64,000 bases of DNA from Ylistrum balloti. Taxonomy: Eukaryota. The DNA is taken from assembly GCF_031769215.1 (NCBI RefSeq), contig NW_026782452.1, positions 744,001 to 808,000 of the forward strand, written 5' to 3'. Shown piece by piece: positions 37,239 through 52,700 of this stretch. The translations under genes and the position numbers were made by a program. A model generated the notes under the pieces. That model worked only from the letters and a program-made list of their open reading frames with translations, was not told the DNA's origin and searched no databases. Numbering within the stretch: position 1 is the first letter of the stretch; each line of letters opens with the position of its first letter.

Positions 37239-40200
37239 TCTCTAGGCTTAGATTAGTATGATCGTTCACAGGCTGATGAAAAAGCTAAACCTGTTTTACA
37301 ACTTGTATGTGGATTTCAAAGAACCCGGAGGGGCTAGTGCCCGATCTTTAACATTACTTCCATACAAGATTGTTTTATCATTTACTTTTATTCACTCTGT
37401 GCACAGTCTTACTCTTCTCTAACGCAGGGAAAACTTTCGTTCTCTTTCTTTTTCAAAGAAAGGTGAACAGTGTTACTGTGAGAACGGTCTTCTCAAATGT
37501 CCGACATTCAAACGTTGTCAGCCATTTTCAATGGATATAACACCAAAAAGAGAAGTAACTTTGAAGCCCAAAGAGTGCAATCAACTGACGATATTAACCT
37601 TAACTAATTGGCCTACTGACGAAGTTAAACAGCAACAGTCCATTGGCGTTTTTCGACCCCTCTTTTTGTCTGGCTTTGGGTCCCATGATACATATGCTCA
37701 ATTCTGAGTGGGGCCCAAAACGGTCTTATGATAAAAATGCCATCACTGATTTCACACTTAACACAGTATCAAAAAAGGGTTTACCGTGTAAATGCCAAAA
37801 TTATCATGTTTTATAATTCTTGTTGGTGCCAATGTACACAAGATATAATATATAGTGTTGATGTCATGATATAAGGATTTTCCTGGTCGATACTTTGGTT
37901 TTCCAGAAACGAGGAATTACTTTTCGACAAATATGACATCCATTAACTTAAAATTCATTAGCACCTGCTTGCAAATTGACAAGACTTCTGAAATTAAAGA
38001 TGATTCTTGATAGTATTTTTTAAAAAATATGACCCCAATGACCTTTCAAATAGGTCAAAGATATTCATAGAATAAAGAAAGTATGTTGTTCTAATTGAGA
38101 GGATAGAATATGGATATATTCAGAAAGTCAGAAGTAACAAGATCACATGTTGGTTTAATTCCACTGGTAAAGAATGAGGATTTTGTGACTGTAAAAATTT
38201 TACAGTAAGTGATGAATCAGACAGGAGAGTTGGTGAAAGTGTCTGGATTGTCAGTTTAGTATAAAATTTAAGTTTCCATTTATGGTAACGCTTAGTGTGA
38301 AATTCTGAATTTCTTCTTCTTTCCCATGCTATTTAAAATCCGAATGTTCTCTTCTCTTAAAACATCAGTCAGCTCAGTATTTCATCATTTTCTTTTTGAG
38401 AATGTCAACCAAACATTTAAAAAAAAAAAATTCTCGAACTTGTTAACTTGTACTGGATTCAAGAGTTTTCTCTACTGGAAAAGTTAATAAAATATTTAAT
38501 CCCTCCTTTTCTGGTTCTAGATTCAATATTTTCCCTGTCTTAACATGTTTACCAGTATATTCAATAGACATTTGTCCTTTTTTTCTTCCATAATTGGATT
38601 CTTTTTCATCTGAATCATTAATTTGGCCTCAATTCATTGTAATTAAATTGGTAAGCAGTATTAGATTAACTTATAAAAATTTGAGTATTTTTTCAAAATG
38701 AAATATCTGGTAGGATTTTAAGGTTTTCCCTTTTAAGAATCCAGAAATTCATTTCATTACTGAAGGGTAAATTTTAAGGAGAGACAAGGTTTTCTTTCTT
38801 CAAACATGATTTTTTTTCTTTTCAATATTTCAGTCTTTAGTATGAACTTTCACTCAAAAAGGAGAGGTGTATAAAAATAGAAGATAATAGTTTTAGTTAC
38901 ATTTAGGTATGGTATAATGAATTAAAAAACAAGGCTAATACTTCATCACATCCCCTGTTAGGTAAATTCACAAGTGTTAAATTTCTCACATAAATGTATA
39001 TCGTTTCCAACACTGGGATAAAAGTATAGATATCTCAAGATTTTGGTTTATTTTAAATCATTTTCTGGAAATTTATGTTTGCACCATCTTAAATCACGGC
39101 AAACATGACCATTTTGACAACATCCTCTTACGCCGTATTTTCGTACTTATGTTTAAAAGTTAAAATCTAAAGTTTTCTTGATTTATGAATATACTTTCCT
39201 TTTCTAAAAACAAATGAAATCCCAATTTTTATTTACTAGTGTAGATTCTCGTCAGTTTTTTTTTATTATGAATATTGAATGAAAACTATGAAATGTATGC
39301 CATATACTGGTTGCTTCTTGTACTGATACACTAGGCCCGATACACTACGTTGCTTTGGTACATCCCTGTCCTGGACCTGGAGGTTGTTAACCATTTTTTT
39401 TATTAATCGAGCTTACAAAAACTTAGTCGAGTGCTTGATTTTCGGTTGTAGTCGAGCGATTTTCGACTTTTTTCGACAATCGGAACACCACTAGGTACAA
39501 GGGCGAAAATAACCTCGGGCAAAAAGGTCCTGGTATACAGGACGGCCATCAACTTTAAAATTGGTTATTTTCAGTAAAGGTTGGATATTAAGTATGAGTT
39601 AGTTGAACAACTAGATAAAACCAACTGAACAATGAAAACATAAATGACAGAACTCCAGTATTTCCGTATTAAATGAGGACTCCTTCAACATTTAATACAT
39701 ATGAATTTATTAATACATTATATAGACCTGGAGAAAGTACACCTTTAACAAGGACTTGATTGATTCACAGTAATCTAATTAGCATTTCATATATTCTCGC
39801 AACCTCTAATAAATGGGGAACTTTCTCACAACCTATCACACCCTTCTCATTAAAGTCGACTCTTCCTGCCTTTGTCTATGGTAAAAGTCCTTTGGTACCA
39901 CAGGTGTGAACTGAAGCTAGTTTTCAAACGAAGGCAATCTGCAGGATTTTTATATTACATTCTTCAATAACTATTTCATTTCTGAAGATTTCTATATCTC
40001 ATAAACCTACTCTCTCATGCTATATATTTGTATATATATATATGCCGTTTTCTTCCGTTACATTTTAAAAATCCTTCGTCAATCTGCTCCAGCTTTTGTT
40101 TGCACAATCACATTCACAATTAAACAGAAAACGAATCCTTTCCTCCATGATTCTTTATGGCCTCGTCGTCCAATCATAATCTTTAAAACTCTAAACTAGG

Positions 40201-40737
40201 CTTCATCATTTGTATAAAATTCATTTTTCCACACAAAATAAGTCTATTACTGTATACACGTTCGTCCTTTTTCGTTTCCATTATGACCAGGCTTTTCCCT
40301 TTTCTTTCCCAGTTTTCATATTACAGTAAAACTTCACTTTGTTATAGAAGCTTCTCAGTCTCTGATATCCTTTCACAGTTCATCAGAATCATTATCAAAC
40401 TGTAGACTGGCATTCCCTCCAACTTTCTGTTCATTTTCCAAAGGACCAAATCAATTTCTAGAAACCAACCTGACGTGACAATTTCATTCACAATAAAAAA
40501 ACAGTCTTCTTTCCACACATCCCCTTGTGTTTTCTATCTGTTTATTCTGTAGCACAGTACTTCTAACAGTGTACTGACTGCAGATTCCTCAGAGAGCTCT
40601 AGATCATGTACGTCTTTGGATTTTTTCCTCAGAACCATGAAGATCCTTTTCCTCTGAGGAAGGGTCAAAGGTCATACTAACTGCCCTATGTTTCCTATTT
40701 TTGAACACATTTGTCTGTAAAATTTTCTGTTTTCCTG

Positions 40738-43700
40738 CTACGTTCTCTCCTTCTTCTTGATAGGTCTTTTACTCATGTGTTTATTAATAATCTCTGTAAT
40801 TTTGGTTTTGTGGTCCAGCACTTTGAACATGTTAGATTTAGCTTCCTCCAGCTGGTCTGATATAAGCCGTGAACGCTGGATGTTACCCTGTGTGGAAAAA
40901 ACAATAATCACATTAAACAGGTTAAAAGAAAATGTACTTCCAAATATGGTGAAAATATTTAAAACTGTCAACTATAAAAAACACCCCAAAAAACCTACGA
41001 AATATGACATTTCTGTTAGAAGATCAAATTGTATAAGCTCTTTGGAGAAAAAAATTATTGATACTATTTATTACTTATTTCAAAGACTTTTAAATAAACT
41101 ATTTCTATATTTTTCAATTAGATAAAAATTAGAATAAGACAAACAACAGATTCTAAATCTTAATTCCATCGTTCACAACATCACAATTTCAAGTAAGTTT
41201 GATTCAAAGTCCTTTTCTAGACTAGTATCTAAATCATTGATCACTTAAAACAAGGCTGAATATCATGTACTGCATTAAGGTATCTCAAAATTTGTAAAAT
41301 CTAGCAAAGTTTACTTCATATCTATTATTTTTCACCGTGGATAGTGTTGATAGTAAATTTGGTAGGGGTCACAATCTAACATACACAAAGCAGTGGGTCT
41401 GTCATAGATCACTGCCTATTACAAACAAAAACAAAGGGCTGACAGATTCTATTTCATAAAAATTTGTTATTATGACTGATGTGAGTTAAATTTTTTGTGA
41501 CTGACAGGATACCTTTATGGCCGACTAATCTAATAAGTTGCCCAATAATGAGTGATATCTGTATCGGATCAAGTAAGATAGCTATTTTAATGAAAAGTAG
41601 CTCTGTATATATAATTTGCTTGACGATGAGTGATATCTGGTTGAGTTCATGTAGGATACTGTTAGAATGAAGAGCAGTTCTATGTGTATACAGACGATGA
41701 GTTGTACCTGCGTAAGTTCATGCAGAAGGCCGAGGTCGTCTTCCATTAGACTGTGACGAGAAGGTGGCTGTGGGGCCAGAGAGGATTGTAGTGTCAGCAC
41801 CTTACTGTTTAGAGTCCTTTCAAGCTCCGTCTAAAAAACAACACAGCTTGAAATTACAAACAACATAAATAACAAAAAAACAAACCATCTTTTTAACTAA
41901 ACATTCATAGCAACAATTTTTTTCTATCCAAACCCACAAATGAATATTATCAATTCATCAATTTTTTCTCTCAATCATTTCATATTTTGATATATGAATT
42001 AAATCTACACAGAGACTTGAAAAAGACTTTGTAGTCATGCTAAAGGGATCACAGGTTGTATTAGCACTGTGACAATTTTCATGTTTATTCTGACAGGACA
42101 CTCACAAGATCATCCAGCTGAGCAGCCACATGGAACAGCTTCCAACCACTGGCTTTCTGCATTACTCCTCTCTGATTGGAGAGTTCGTTGACTGTGGGCC
42201 TTCGTTCATCTGGGGGTTACAAACATCTTTACTGAATACATTAGGTCTTCTTTACCCCATACATCTTAAGACGTGGGCTTTATTACAAGAATGTATGATC
42301 TGTTGGCTCTTTTACTGTAGTTACTATATATATATCCAGGGCTCTCACACCCCCTTTTGGGACTGAGGCCCAGGGCCCTTAGAATTGGGAAAAATAATGG
42401 TGTTTTCCTTAGAATTGGGAGAACTTGGGGTCTATATTGGAAAAAAAAGATACTATTTTGCATTGGGTATTCGGCCCCAAATCTGGCAGATCGAGAGCCC
42501 TGATATCGATAAGTGGGCTTATTACCAGACCATGGTGTAGGACATGTTGGCACTTCTACTGAAACTATCATCGATGACACATCATGTGGGAGGGTGGGCT
42601 TATTACCAGGCATGGACTTATTACTGTCTTATAGTCATGTACAACATACCTTTAGGTTTAACATCCGTATATCTGTTGAAGTGGTTGTTTTTTGGTTTCC
42701 ATGAAATATTATAAAAATTAAGTAGAGACAAGGAAGGTTTGGTTTTCTCAATTGTCCACCGTACACCTTCATCATCAACATATTCTGAAACATAAAACAG
42801 GCCTGTAAAAACTAACTTGGAACATAGCTTAATTAAATAATCCAGTTAACCATTTGAAATAAAAAAGTCTTCGGTTGTTAAATACACACCACCAAGTATA
42901 AAAAATGAACAATTTTGTGCACTCCATTTCATTATAATTTACATAAACATAAACAAGGACCCTGAATGGGACAAAATTTAAGTATGAAAAATAACCAAGG
43001 GCAATAACTCCTATATTATGCAAAAGACAGCAGCAACTATATGCCCTCCCTTAAAGGAGAAAATTCTCCAAGAACTAATGTCCCATAAGCACTTGTGTGT
43101 ATTGTAATAAATCATTCACTGTGGCTAATATATCTATGTTCTGATTTTTATTTTCATCTTTTTGGATTTTCCTCCTATGCTATTGAGGCCGGCCCTTGGC
43201 ATCATTGATGTGTCCTTGAAGGATGGGACAACTGTATGATGCTGTTTAATATTTTATTTGCCTCCTCTGTATCTAATTCTAAGTTTGAATTAATAGGTGC
43301 TCTTCACTTGTGTATGTTTTGTACAATCTTTCAGGGGATCCCAACTGCCAAGTAAACAGAAAACAAGAGGAACAACTCTTGATGCCAGGTTTCAAAACAC
43401 TGTATTCTTCCTTTTCTTTTTCGTTCTCTTAAATAAACATGAAAGGTTATTGCTTGGAAAACAGCAACCAATTCCAATCTTGATAACACCCAAGACAAAA
43501 ACTAAATACACAGATTCCTATATCTTATAACTAGACATGGGCTCAACCACTATAACATAGAGGTGCCATTCTAAGAAAACGTTATTTAAGATATACATAA
43601 AACCTTATTTTTGCTGAGGGGAAAAATAGCAGCATTTTTTTTATGATAAAGAGCTCATACCATCTTTCATCTCCTTTTTAACTGGGTTTGCCACTTCCTC

Positions 43701-46700
43701 TTTAATTTCTTCTACCTTCTCCACGTCCTCGTCTGTTGAGGAGTTATCACGCAGTTCTTCGTTGGCATGTCTGAAAATATCCAGGGATTAATTTAGATAA
43801 ATTTTACTACCAGAAAAAAAAACACTCTTCAAGTAGTATGTTTTCCCCTCTGATTATAAACAAATTCCCTATCAAGAAAATATACTGAAAACATGGTTTA
43901 AATTTCCTATAAAAAAATAAAGAAAATTTTTCCCGAAGAGAGAAGTAATTGGTATATTGTTACATAAGGTATTTTCAAATCATGAAATCATGAAAAACAG
44001 AAATATCAGTCAAACCACATTTTATTCATGTAACCTTCCTGTATGTCATCGTTTTGAATTCTGACCAACAGGGCGATCAGGAATTTCTCCATTTCTAAAA
44101 ATAGGCCAATCATTCCCTTGCTTCCATAAAAGGTAGTGGTAGTATTCCCTATATTCTACATTAACCCTTGATATTATAACAACAGTCCCAACTTGTGATC
44201 TGGCTGATGTCAAGTCAAACACAGGGGATCAAACTGATGTACCATGGTTTCAAGTAATTCCATCTTGGAACACTTGCTTACATGCAAGAAATTAATGTAG
44301 AAATAATTCACACATTACAAGAAAACATCGGTAAGACATGAAGAATGACCTTCTATATAGAAATTGTCAAATGTGGGTGTAGAACATGATGTGATGATAC
44401 TACAGGATAAACATGAATGAATTCTGTTTCGAGGTTCTCAAGATTAATTGACATTGATTCTGATCAGGAAAGAACGGGACAGACAGACAGACGTGGTTAA
44501 TGCTATACGACATCCATAAAATAGCTTTATTTCCTATTTCCTAAGAAACTAAAGTTACATTAAAATTGAAATGTCTTGTTCTGTGTGTCTATATACTCAC
44601 AGTAACTGTTTCCTGGGTTTCTTTCGAGGAGACGCTTCCATCGAGTTGGGTAGAGAGGCAGACAGGGAGGCAGCAATAGCTCCAGCTGTTGGAAACCCTA
44701 AACACATAGAAACACAAAGAAAACTATAAATCCTCGACTATTCTGCAGAATAATCAAAACATGGATGAATGCTGTTACACCAAATCAGCTCACAAAATGG
44801 AAAAGTTTCAATGACCTGCTTTTTCATGACAAATAATATTGAAATATAGCTTTCCCAGTAATCAATCCTTTCACTGTCAAGTTATCATGTGTAAGTGCTA
44901 CTTCCAACATACTAAAGTTTCTAACTCACCATTTTCCACTGCGTCCAAAGGTTCCTGTTTTATTTTTAGGTCTCCCATGGAGTTGTGTGTTGGAGTCGTA
45001 GCCTCGCTTGAAAGTGCTGTGTCTGTAGATGACTGACTCTCACTGTCAATTAAACAAAAAATGTTCAGTACATCAATACATAAATATTAATTTTCTCTCA
45101 ATTTTATTGAAAAAAAAGTAAGATATAAGTTAAACTGTGTTTCTGTTGCAAGCACCAATTAACTAAATGTGTATGATGGGAATTCTGAAAAGGATGTATC
45201 AAAATACATGTTGTCTTATAAAAAAAGTCATGTTGACAATGGTGTTCCTTTGCACACAGCAGCATAGATGATAAACTATAACATGATTTATTTGTATATC
45301 AATTTCTTTGTATACTGGGACTGAATTTATGAAAATCCCATTCCTCTATTCTCTGTATACAAGCATACTTGCTTTATACCTCTAAACAGCTAGCAGGAAG
45401 GCAACAGACAATGCAGCTGTTTCAAATATCTTTTCCTTAAAATAACAGTAAAATGACATACCAACTCAACACAAATATTATCCTCACTAAAACTGTCCAT
45501 AAGACATGAATACCTCCATTCCTACACAACTGAGAATCTGATCAGGTGTAGAACATGATGTTATGATACAATAGGGTAAGTGTGAACCAGAATCTGATCA
45601 GGTGTAGAACATGTTATGATACTATAGGGTAAGTGTGAACCAGAATCTGATCAGGTGTAGATCATGATGTTATGATACAATAGGGTAAGTGTGAACCAGA
45701 ATCTGATCAGGTGTAGAACATGATGTTATGATACTATAGGGTAAGTGTGAACCAGAATCTCATCAGGTGTAGAACATGATGTTATGATACTATAGGGTAA
45801 GTGTGAACCAGAATCTCATCAGGTGTAGAACATGTTATGATACTATAGGGTAAGTGTGAACCAGAATCTGATCAGGTGTAGAACATGATGTTATGATACA
45901 ATAGGGTAAGTGTGAACCAGAATCTGATCAGGTGTAGAACATGATGTTATGATACTATAGGGTAAGTGTGAACCAGAATCTGATCTGGTGTAGAACATGT
46001 TATGATACTATAGGGTAAGTGTGAACCAGAATCTGATCAGGTGTAGAACATGATGTTATGATACTATAGGGTAAGTGTGAACCAGAATCTGATCAGGTGT
46101 AGAACATGATGTTATGATACTATAGGGTAAGTGTGAACCAGAATCTGATCAGGTGTAGAACATGATGTTATGATACTATAGGGTGAGTGTGAACCAGAAT
46201 CTGACCAAGTGTAGAACATGATGTTATGATACTATAGGGTAAGTGTGAACCAGAATCTGATCAGGTGTAGAACATGATGTAATATTCCAAATCTGTTCTT
46301 GACATGACATTGATGCTGTCTTGGACATAACAGAATCTGACAAATTGACATGTGCAACGTTTTATGCATGAAATAAAAAGTCAGGGGAGCATGAAAACAG
46401 ACCAACTAATGATGTTTGTGGATACATTGTCAGGAGAAAAAAAAAGCCAAGAGATTAAACTCTGCTAGATAGGTTAGATGTACACTTACCCGGCAGGTGT
46501 GGCTGGTGTCTTTGGAGAACTAGTGTTGGACTGAGGAGCCGAGTCTGTTCTAGAGTCTGGTCGTGGACTGTGTCTTTCAGACAATGTGTTGAGACCACAG
46601 ACTGGCTTCTTCACTGGGACATTTCTATTGAACAAGTAAAATAAGGACAAATCAGATAACACTCTTCCTTATGGCAATCAGTATTAAAGAACAGATCTTA

Positions 46701-49700
46701 TCATAAAAGTAATACTTCCATCAAATTTTGTCTTCACCAGTTTGACTCACAGAAATGATAACATCTCTCAGATTGGGAGAGCTACCACCAAATGTTGAAG
46801 TAAATTGTTCATTGAAATGTGTTCCTAACTACAAGTCAATCTAAAACTTATTCCTGTAATCTGAAATTTCATGGTTTTTTGGCGTTTTTTCGTCCTGACT
46901 TTGAGCTGACCTATGATCCAAAATTGTCTGTTGTGTAGAAATGTTTGACATTTTCATGGTTAGAAAAAATCATGAAAGTAAAATGCAGTAACCTAGATTT
47001 AAGATAAAAGAACTATGTGTATTTAACATTGAAACAACATTTTGAACTTAAATATGAATCTGTAAGTACCTACAAAATATACTGTATAGTGTGAGCGTCT
47101 CTTACTTCTACTGTCTGAGAAATTTCTAATAGAATTTGAGTTCTTAATGATGCAGCAAAGAGGACACAGACAGAAAAGCTAAACCTTACTGGTACTGTGG
47201 AGTCAAAAATGATACATACCCTTCATTGGTACGTTTTCTGAGTATGCTGGGGCGTGGTGAGGCATTGGGCTGACTGACTGGTGTCGTTGCTCCTTGGGAA
47301 GATGAATGCTGTGGAGTCAGGGAGCCTGGATGAGGTGTCCCTGGGTTCACCGAGTAAAGGGTTGGAGCTATGGAAACTGCAGAAGAGGTTGCCATGGCAA
47401 TTGCAGAGAGGGCCGGAACAGGAATGGAATTAGTGGAGGCGGCACTGGAAATCCCACTGGATGAATCATTAGGTGTTGATGACCTCGCAACACCTGCAAG
47501 CACACAAAGGTGTAGGGCCTTACAGTCAAACAATATAAAAATAATTAATAACACTGTCAAGATAAAAAAAATAGCACTAGTCAATCAGACGAAGATTACT
47601 AAATTTAAAAAAAGGGTTTAATCTGTGGTTCTTCAGACCTGTACAAGCAATATCACTCTTACCAATAACTTCCTTTACAAGACTGGCTAAAATACAGGAG
47701 TGTTACATGAAAGTTGTCAAACCTAAGGCTTGATAAAAAATAAATGAGTTTTATGTCTTTTGGTTGTTTTCTATTTCCAAAAAAAAGAGTTACTTATTTC
47801 AGAACATTTTCCTCAGGTTGGTAATGTCAACTGAATAGAATTTCATCCAGAAGAAGATTTGAGCATGACGTTTCGATGACTACATATGTAGATCAGTGCT
47901 GGTACATTTCACACAGGTTATTTATCAGATGAAGGTGACCGATTGCTGGTTGTGTTTTAAGAAATTCCATTCTAATGAAACATGGACTTGTTAATATGTG
48001 TTACACTAGTAAGAAATATATGTAACTATTCCTGTAGACCAAAAAGCAAGTTAGTGTTTATCCGTGATAGCTACTTACTGTCCGACACTGACGACACTGA
48101 AGCACTTGAGAAGGGAGTGTGTACGGATAATGTCTGTAGTCTGAGCGGGTCCCCCATTACTGTCATCGGACTGAACTTGACCGTCTGGGCTGAGGAGACA
48201 GACAATCCATGTGGTGCAGAAGCTGGCACTGAAGTATTCATCAACAGAATGTCAAAGCTTATACACTCCCAACCAAAAAATCTAGACACCAACTTCTTTC
48301 TGAACACATACTCCTATACTTATTATTGTCAGGAAAGACATTCATTTATATAATATGCTTAAACTATGTAATTTCATATCAGCAATCTAGGCCACTTCAT
48401 TGAAAAATCTCCCTGTGAAATTGACGCCTTACTTAATATTGTCCTCAGATTTATAAATGTAAGAGTAACATGTTCCAACAACATTTTAAACCATAACTCA
48501 ATAAATATGTAACATCGATAGCACTGAGGTACATTACGAAAAGGTGAAGGCCACCACAACATCACTGAAGCATAACTTTATATATACGGCACCCTAAGAG
48601 CGAAACCATAAAACAGAATAAAATATAACTTTGTATATGTACATGTATGTCCAGTAAATGTATTTAAAATCATATACAAATGTGTTAATGACAAAGAATT
48701 TTCATTAATCTGCATCGAAACAGTAGTCATTGCTTTTTCTTTTCATGTGTATAAAAAGTGAACAAAACCGTAGATTTATGGTTAACAGCCTACAGTGTAT
48801 TTTGTTTGAAGTTTGGTTGTCTAATTCTGTAAAATAACAAACTTTTACCAGTGCACCTGTGTAAACGCAAAGCTTAATGCTTGATCAAAAATTACAATAG
48901 GGTTCGTTAACACAGATATGGCTGACTTATCACACTTGGTCATTCGAACCGAAGCCAGGAAATTTTTACCCGAGACATGGCAACGACTGAATGTTTGACA
49001 CTAAAAAGGATCAACTGTATACATAACCTAACAGATAATGGTTTTTACTTACAAAGTCCTGTTGGAGCAGGTCGTATCTGGGATGCCAGCTGGTGATACA
49101 TGATCTGTTGGTACTCGGACAATAACGTCATTGGGTACTGGGACAACTGGGCGATCCCTGCAGGTCTAAAACACAATACTCAAACATAGATACCCTATCA
49201 GAATGCCACTTTATATTAAAAAAAATATTTTTTGTGACCTTGGCTCCTTTTAAAAGCACCAGAATGAGTTTTTTCCCGGTTTGAGTAAATGTAAAAATCT
49301 TGATTTATACTATGCTTTATTGGCAGCGATCGAAATTTTTTTGAAAATCTGGCAACTTTATATGCTGTCTACAATGCACTTATTTATTATTAATTCATTA
49401 ATTTAGACGGTTTTTTACGTCCACTATTATGACTTTCCGCCTTTCAGTAAACGAGCTTTGCTGTACAAATACACTAGATCTAATGAAAGCTATTGTGTAA
49501 TTGGTAATATTCGTAGTCAAGAAAGAGAGAGCAAAATGAATGCCCTACAAATATTTCTACAATGACTGAAAAATATCTGTTAAGTCTGTATAAAGGCATA
49601 CAAATCATAGATTTGCATGACATTTACACGTGAACTAGTCCAAACAAGAACAACTACAAAATTTCAGCTCCACAAAACTTTACAACTATACAGTAACACA

Positions 49701-52700
49701 TTTGGGACCATTCAAAATTATGTTCATGACAACCAAATATAAATTGCTCCCAAATTTCAGTTGGTTAATGGCACATGAAAATGTGACTTACCTTTCCGGC
49801 CGAATGTCTGCATGTGTCACAGGATGACTTAAGGCGATGTTTGCAGGCCGATGTGCCTGAGGGACAAAACTGGTGGTCTGTCCCTGGGGTTGGGGATGTG
49901 AATGTTGAGGATGGGTTTGCCCCTGGGGCTGGGGATGAGTCTGTGTGGTGTGAGGTTGTCCCTGGGGTAAACTGAGGGTCTGTTTGGCATGCTGCTGACT
50001 TGGTGTGGAACTGCTAGTGTCTTGAGGTAAAGACATACGTGTGATTCCAGCTAAGCTGGCAGCTGCTGTCGGCTGTCGCACTGGGGGAACTTTAGCTATA
50101 AACACAAACATGACATTGATTTACCTTAGCCATAAGTATCACAACATTTTTTATCATTCCTGTACATATACATGTATGTGATCACTGCATGTCATGCTAC
50201 ATCTATAGCTGTAAATTAAAAATGTTTTTGTTTGTTAATGCATATGACACTAGATATCTTGAAATTAAGTCAAATGAATTTATTTCAACAGATCTGACTA
50301 ACCCTACATCATCCTAAGCATCTGACAAATAAAAAGAACAAGTGTTATGCTTCTTTAGAAGAAGTTTTAAATGAAAAACAAATGGTGCCAAGCAATCATT
50401 AAAATGTAATGGACAGGAGAAAATCTTACCTATAGGGATAGTAGAGGCTGCAGACGGTGCCGTCACTGGAGTTACAGAGGGAATAGACAAAGGGGAGATG
50501 ACTGTTGAAGATAAAGATGGCGCCACAACCGCTGGAACTGCAGCTGAAATAATATGATTTTTTGGGATGGAGTTTCTAAATTTACTTAGGTAATATTTAA
50601 TTAATTTAAAAGCGTCAGATTATTTCACATAAATGTCTCCATCTATAGAACAATAAATATGTAGTCTAAACTTTGGAGAATTTCGCCAAAAATCAATTTC
50701 GATTCAAAACGTTGGTGTCAAAAGTTCAATAATTTCATTTTTCTTATTCCTGAATGTCAACACTTGTGCTCACTCGTCTGCTACTAGGGAGTTCAATTAT
50801 TCAATGAAATCAAATCAAACATTGCTTATCCTTTAAGTGTCACCACTGTTTATTCATAAGCTGGAATTCTTTAATTAATGATTAACATTTAGCTCTTCTG
50901 CGACACGTTGGTTTATGATAACTATCTGTTTGTCCTTTTATATTTGTCAGCTTAACAGTTACCTACCTTTGTTTTGTTTTGGTGCTGCAGCCTTGAGTGA
51001 ATGCTGTATGATAGGTGTGACTGCCGCCTGAGACATGAGGACTTTAGGGACGGAGCTGAGGTTCTGTGCGACATGTATCTGCTTTGTTGATTGAGACAGG
51101 ACCTGTTTTGTGAGGGGCTCCGCAGTGGTGCATGGTGACTGAAGCTTGATATGAATACTAGAGGCAGAACTCGAAGCACCAGATGCTTGGACAGATATAC
51201 CTACCCTACAACAGTCATACACAGTCAAAATAAAAACAATATCTATTTATATACATTACATCTATACAGAACAATAAGGAAGGTCTCAAATCTGTCATAA
51301 TATTTGCTATGTGAGCAGAGAAAAAATGTTCAACTGTTTTTCTGAATTATATATTCTTTGTAATTAGACACTTAATGAAACAGGACACTAACCTGTGTGA
51401 TTCTGATGTTGGAACACCAGCCAGACTGACAGTGGCTGCCGGGGAGTGGGTCTGAGGAGGTGTATTTGGTCGGATGTTTGGGGTTATAAGCTGGCTCCGG
51501 GGTGTTGTTAGGGTGTGGCCACCATGTGGTGTGGCACCCGGTATGTGGATAGCGCCTGCACTGTGACGTAGGACTGGCACTGCAGACATTACAGACTTAG
51601 GGCAGGCTAATACAGAGGCTGCAGCCGCTGCCCCTAGAAACACAAATCGATATTGATAAAGTTACCACTATTTATTTGGTTTTACAAATTCAAAATGAAA
51701 AACAATTTATTGATAAAAGTTATTTAAACTTTTAATTTGATTTCTGGTATGATTGTGACTTAACTAAAATGAAACATGTAATTCATACTTGTATGTATTT
51801 TGTACAAAAATTTCTTTTGTAAAGTACTCAAATACAAATCAAGACATTAAACACTCTCAGTATCTCCCTTTTAGTATGATCATTTCTGTGACTTGGTAGA
51901 CTGGTACTGTAAAAAGCATGTAAGGATTTAATCGTTGAAATGTCAATCATCTGGCATAACGGCCAGAGGAAACTGGAATCTGGTGAAAGCTTTATCTGGA
52001 TTTACAACAACCCCTCTCTTTCTCAATCATATAAATTCTGCTGTTGTCACAGAGAGAATTTACATTCAAGCTGGTTACACAAAAAAAATTTCTTTTTTTG
52101 GCTAAGTAATGCCATAATTTTTCATCTTATCATATGACAAAACACACTGACCTCTGGGGAGATGTGTCGGGAATACTGGATTCTGGTGCTGAGACGCCCC
52201 CCGAATGTTACCAGTCAGGGGAAGAGCCTGGCTGAGAAGTGATGAAGAAGAAGTAGCACTGATTTGTACAATACTTGGCGTTGCCATACCAACGCTGACA
52301 ATTGTTGGAGGTGGCACTGCCACCAGGGAGGCTGTTGTGGACAGTGACTTGCTAGTGTCCATGGAAATGCCAATCTGTATACCTGAAACGTGTTTGAGAA
52401 AGGATGATGGTTACTAAACGTCTTCTGATTTACTCAATTAGTCAATGATTTTTCACATATTTTCACGTGAAAGATACTTCTTAAAACCAATATCCTTCAA
52501 CACAAAATCAGAACACAACATTCTTTTCAATTTTATAACTAACAGATGATCCTATTTTGTCAATTAAATTCCATAATCTTTTTGAATTCCCACGATTGAT
52601 AGTTAATGAAACTTTTAAGGAACTAATTAAACTTGTTTTCATCTGATACACAAGTTCAGTAAAGATTGCTTAAAACTGAAACTCTTCCTGCAAATTGAAT

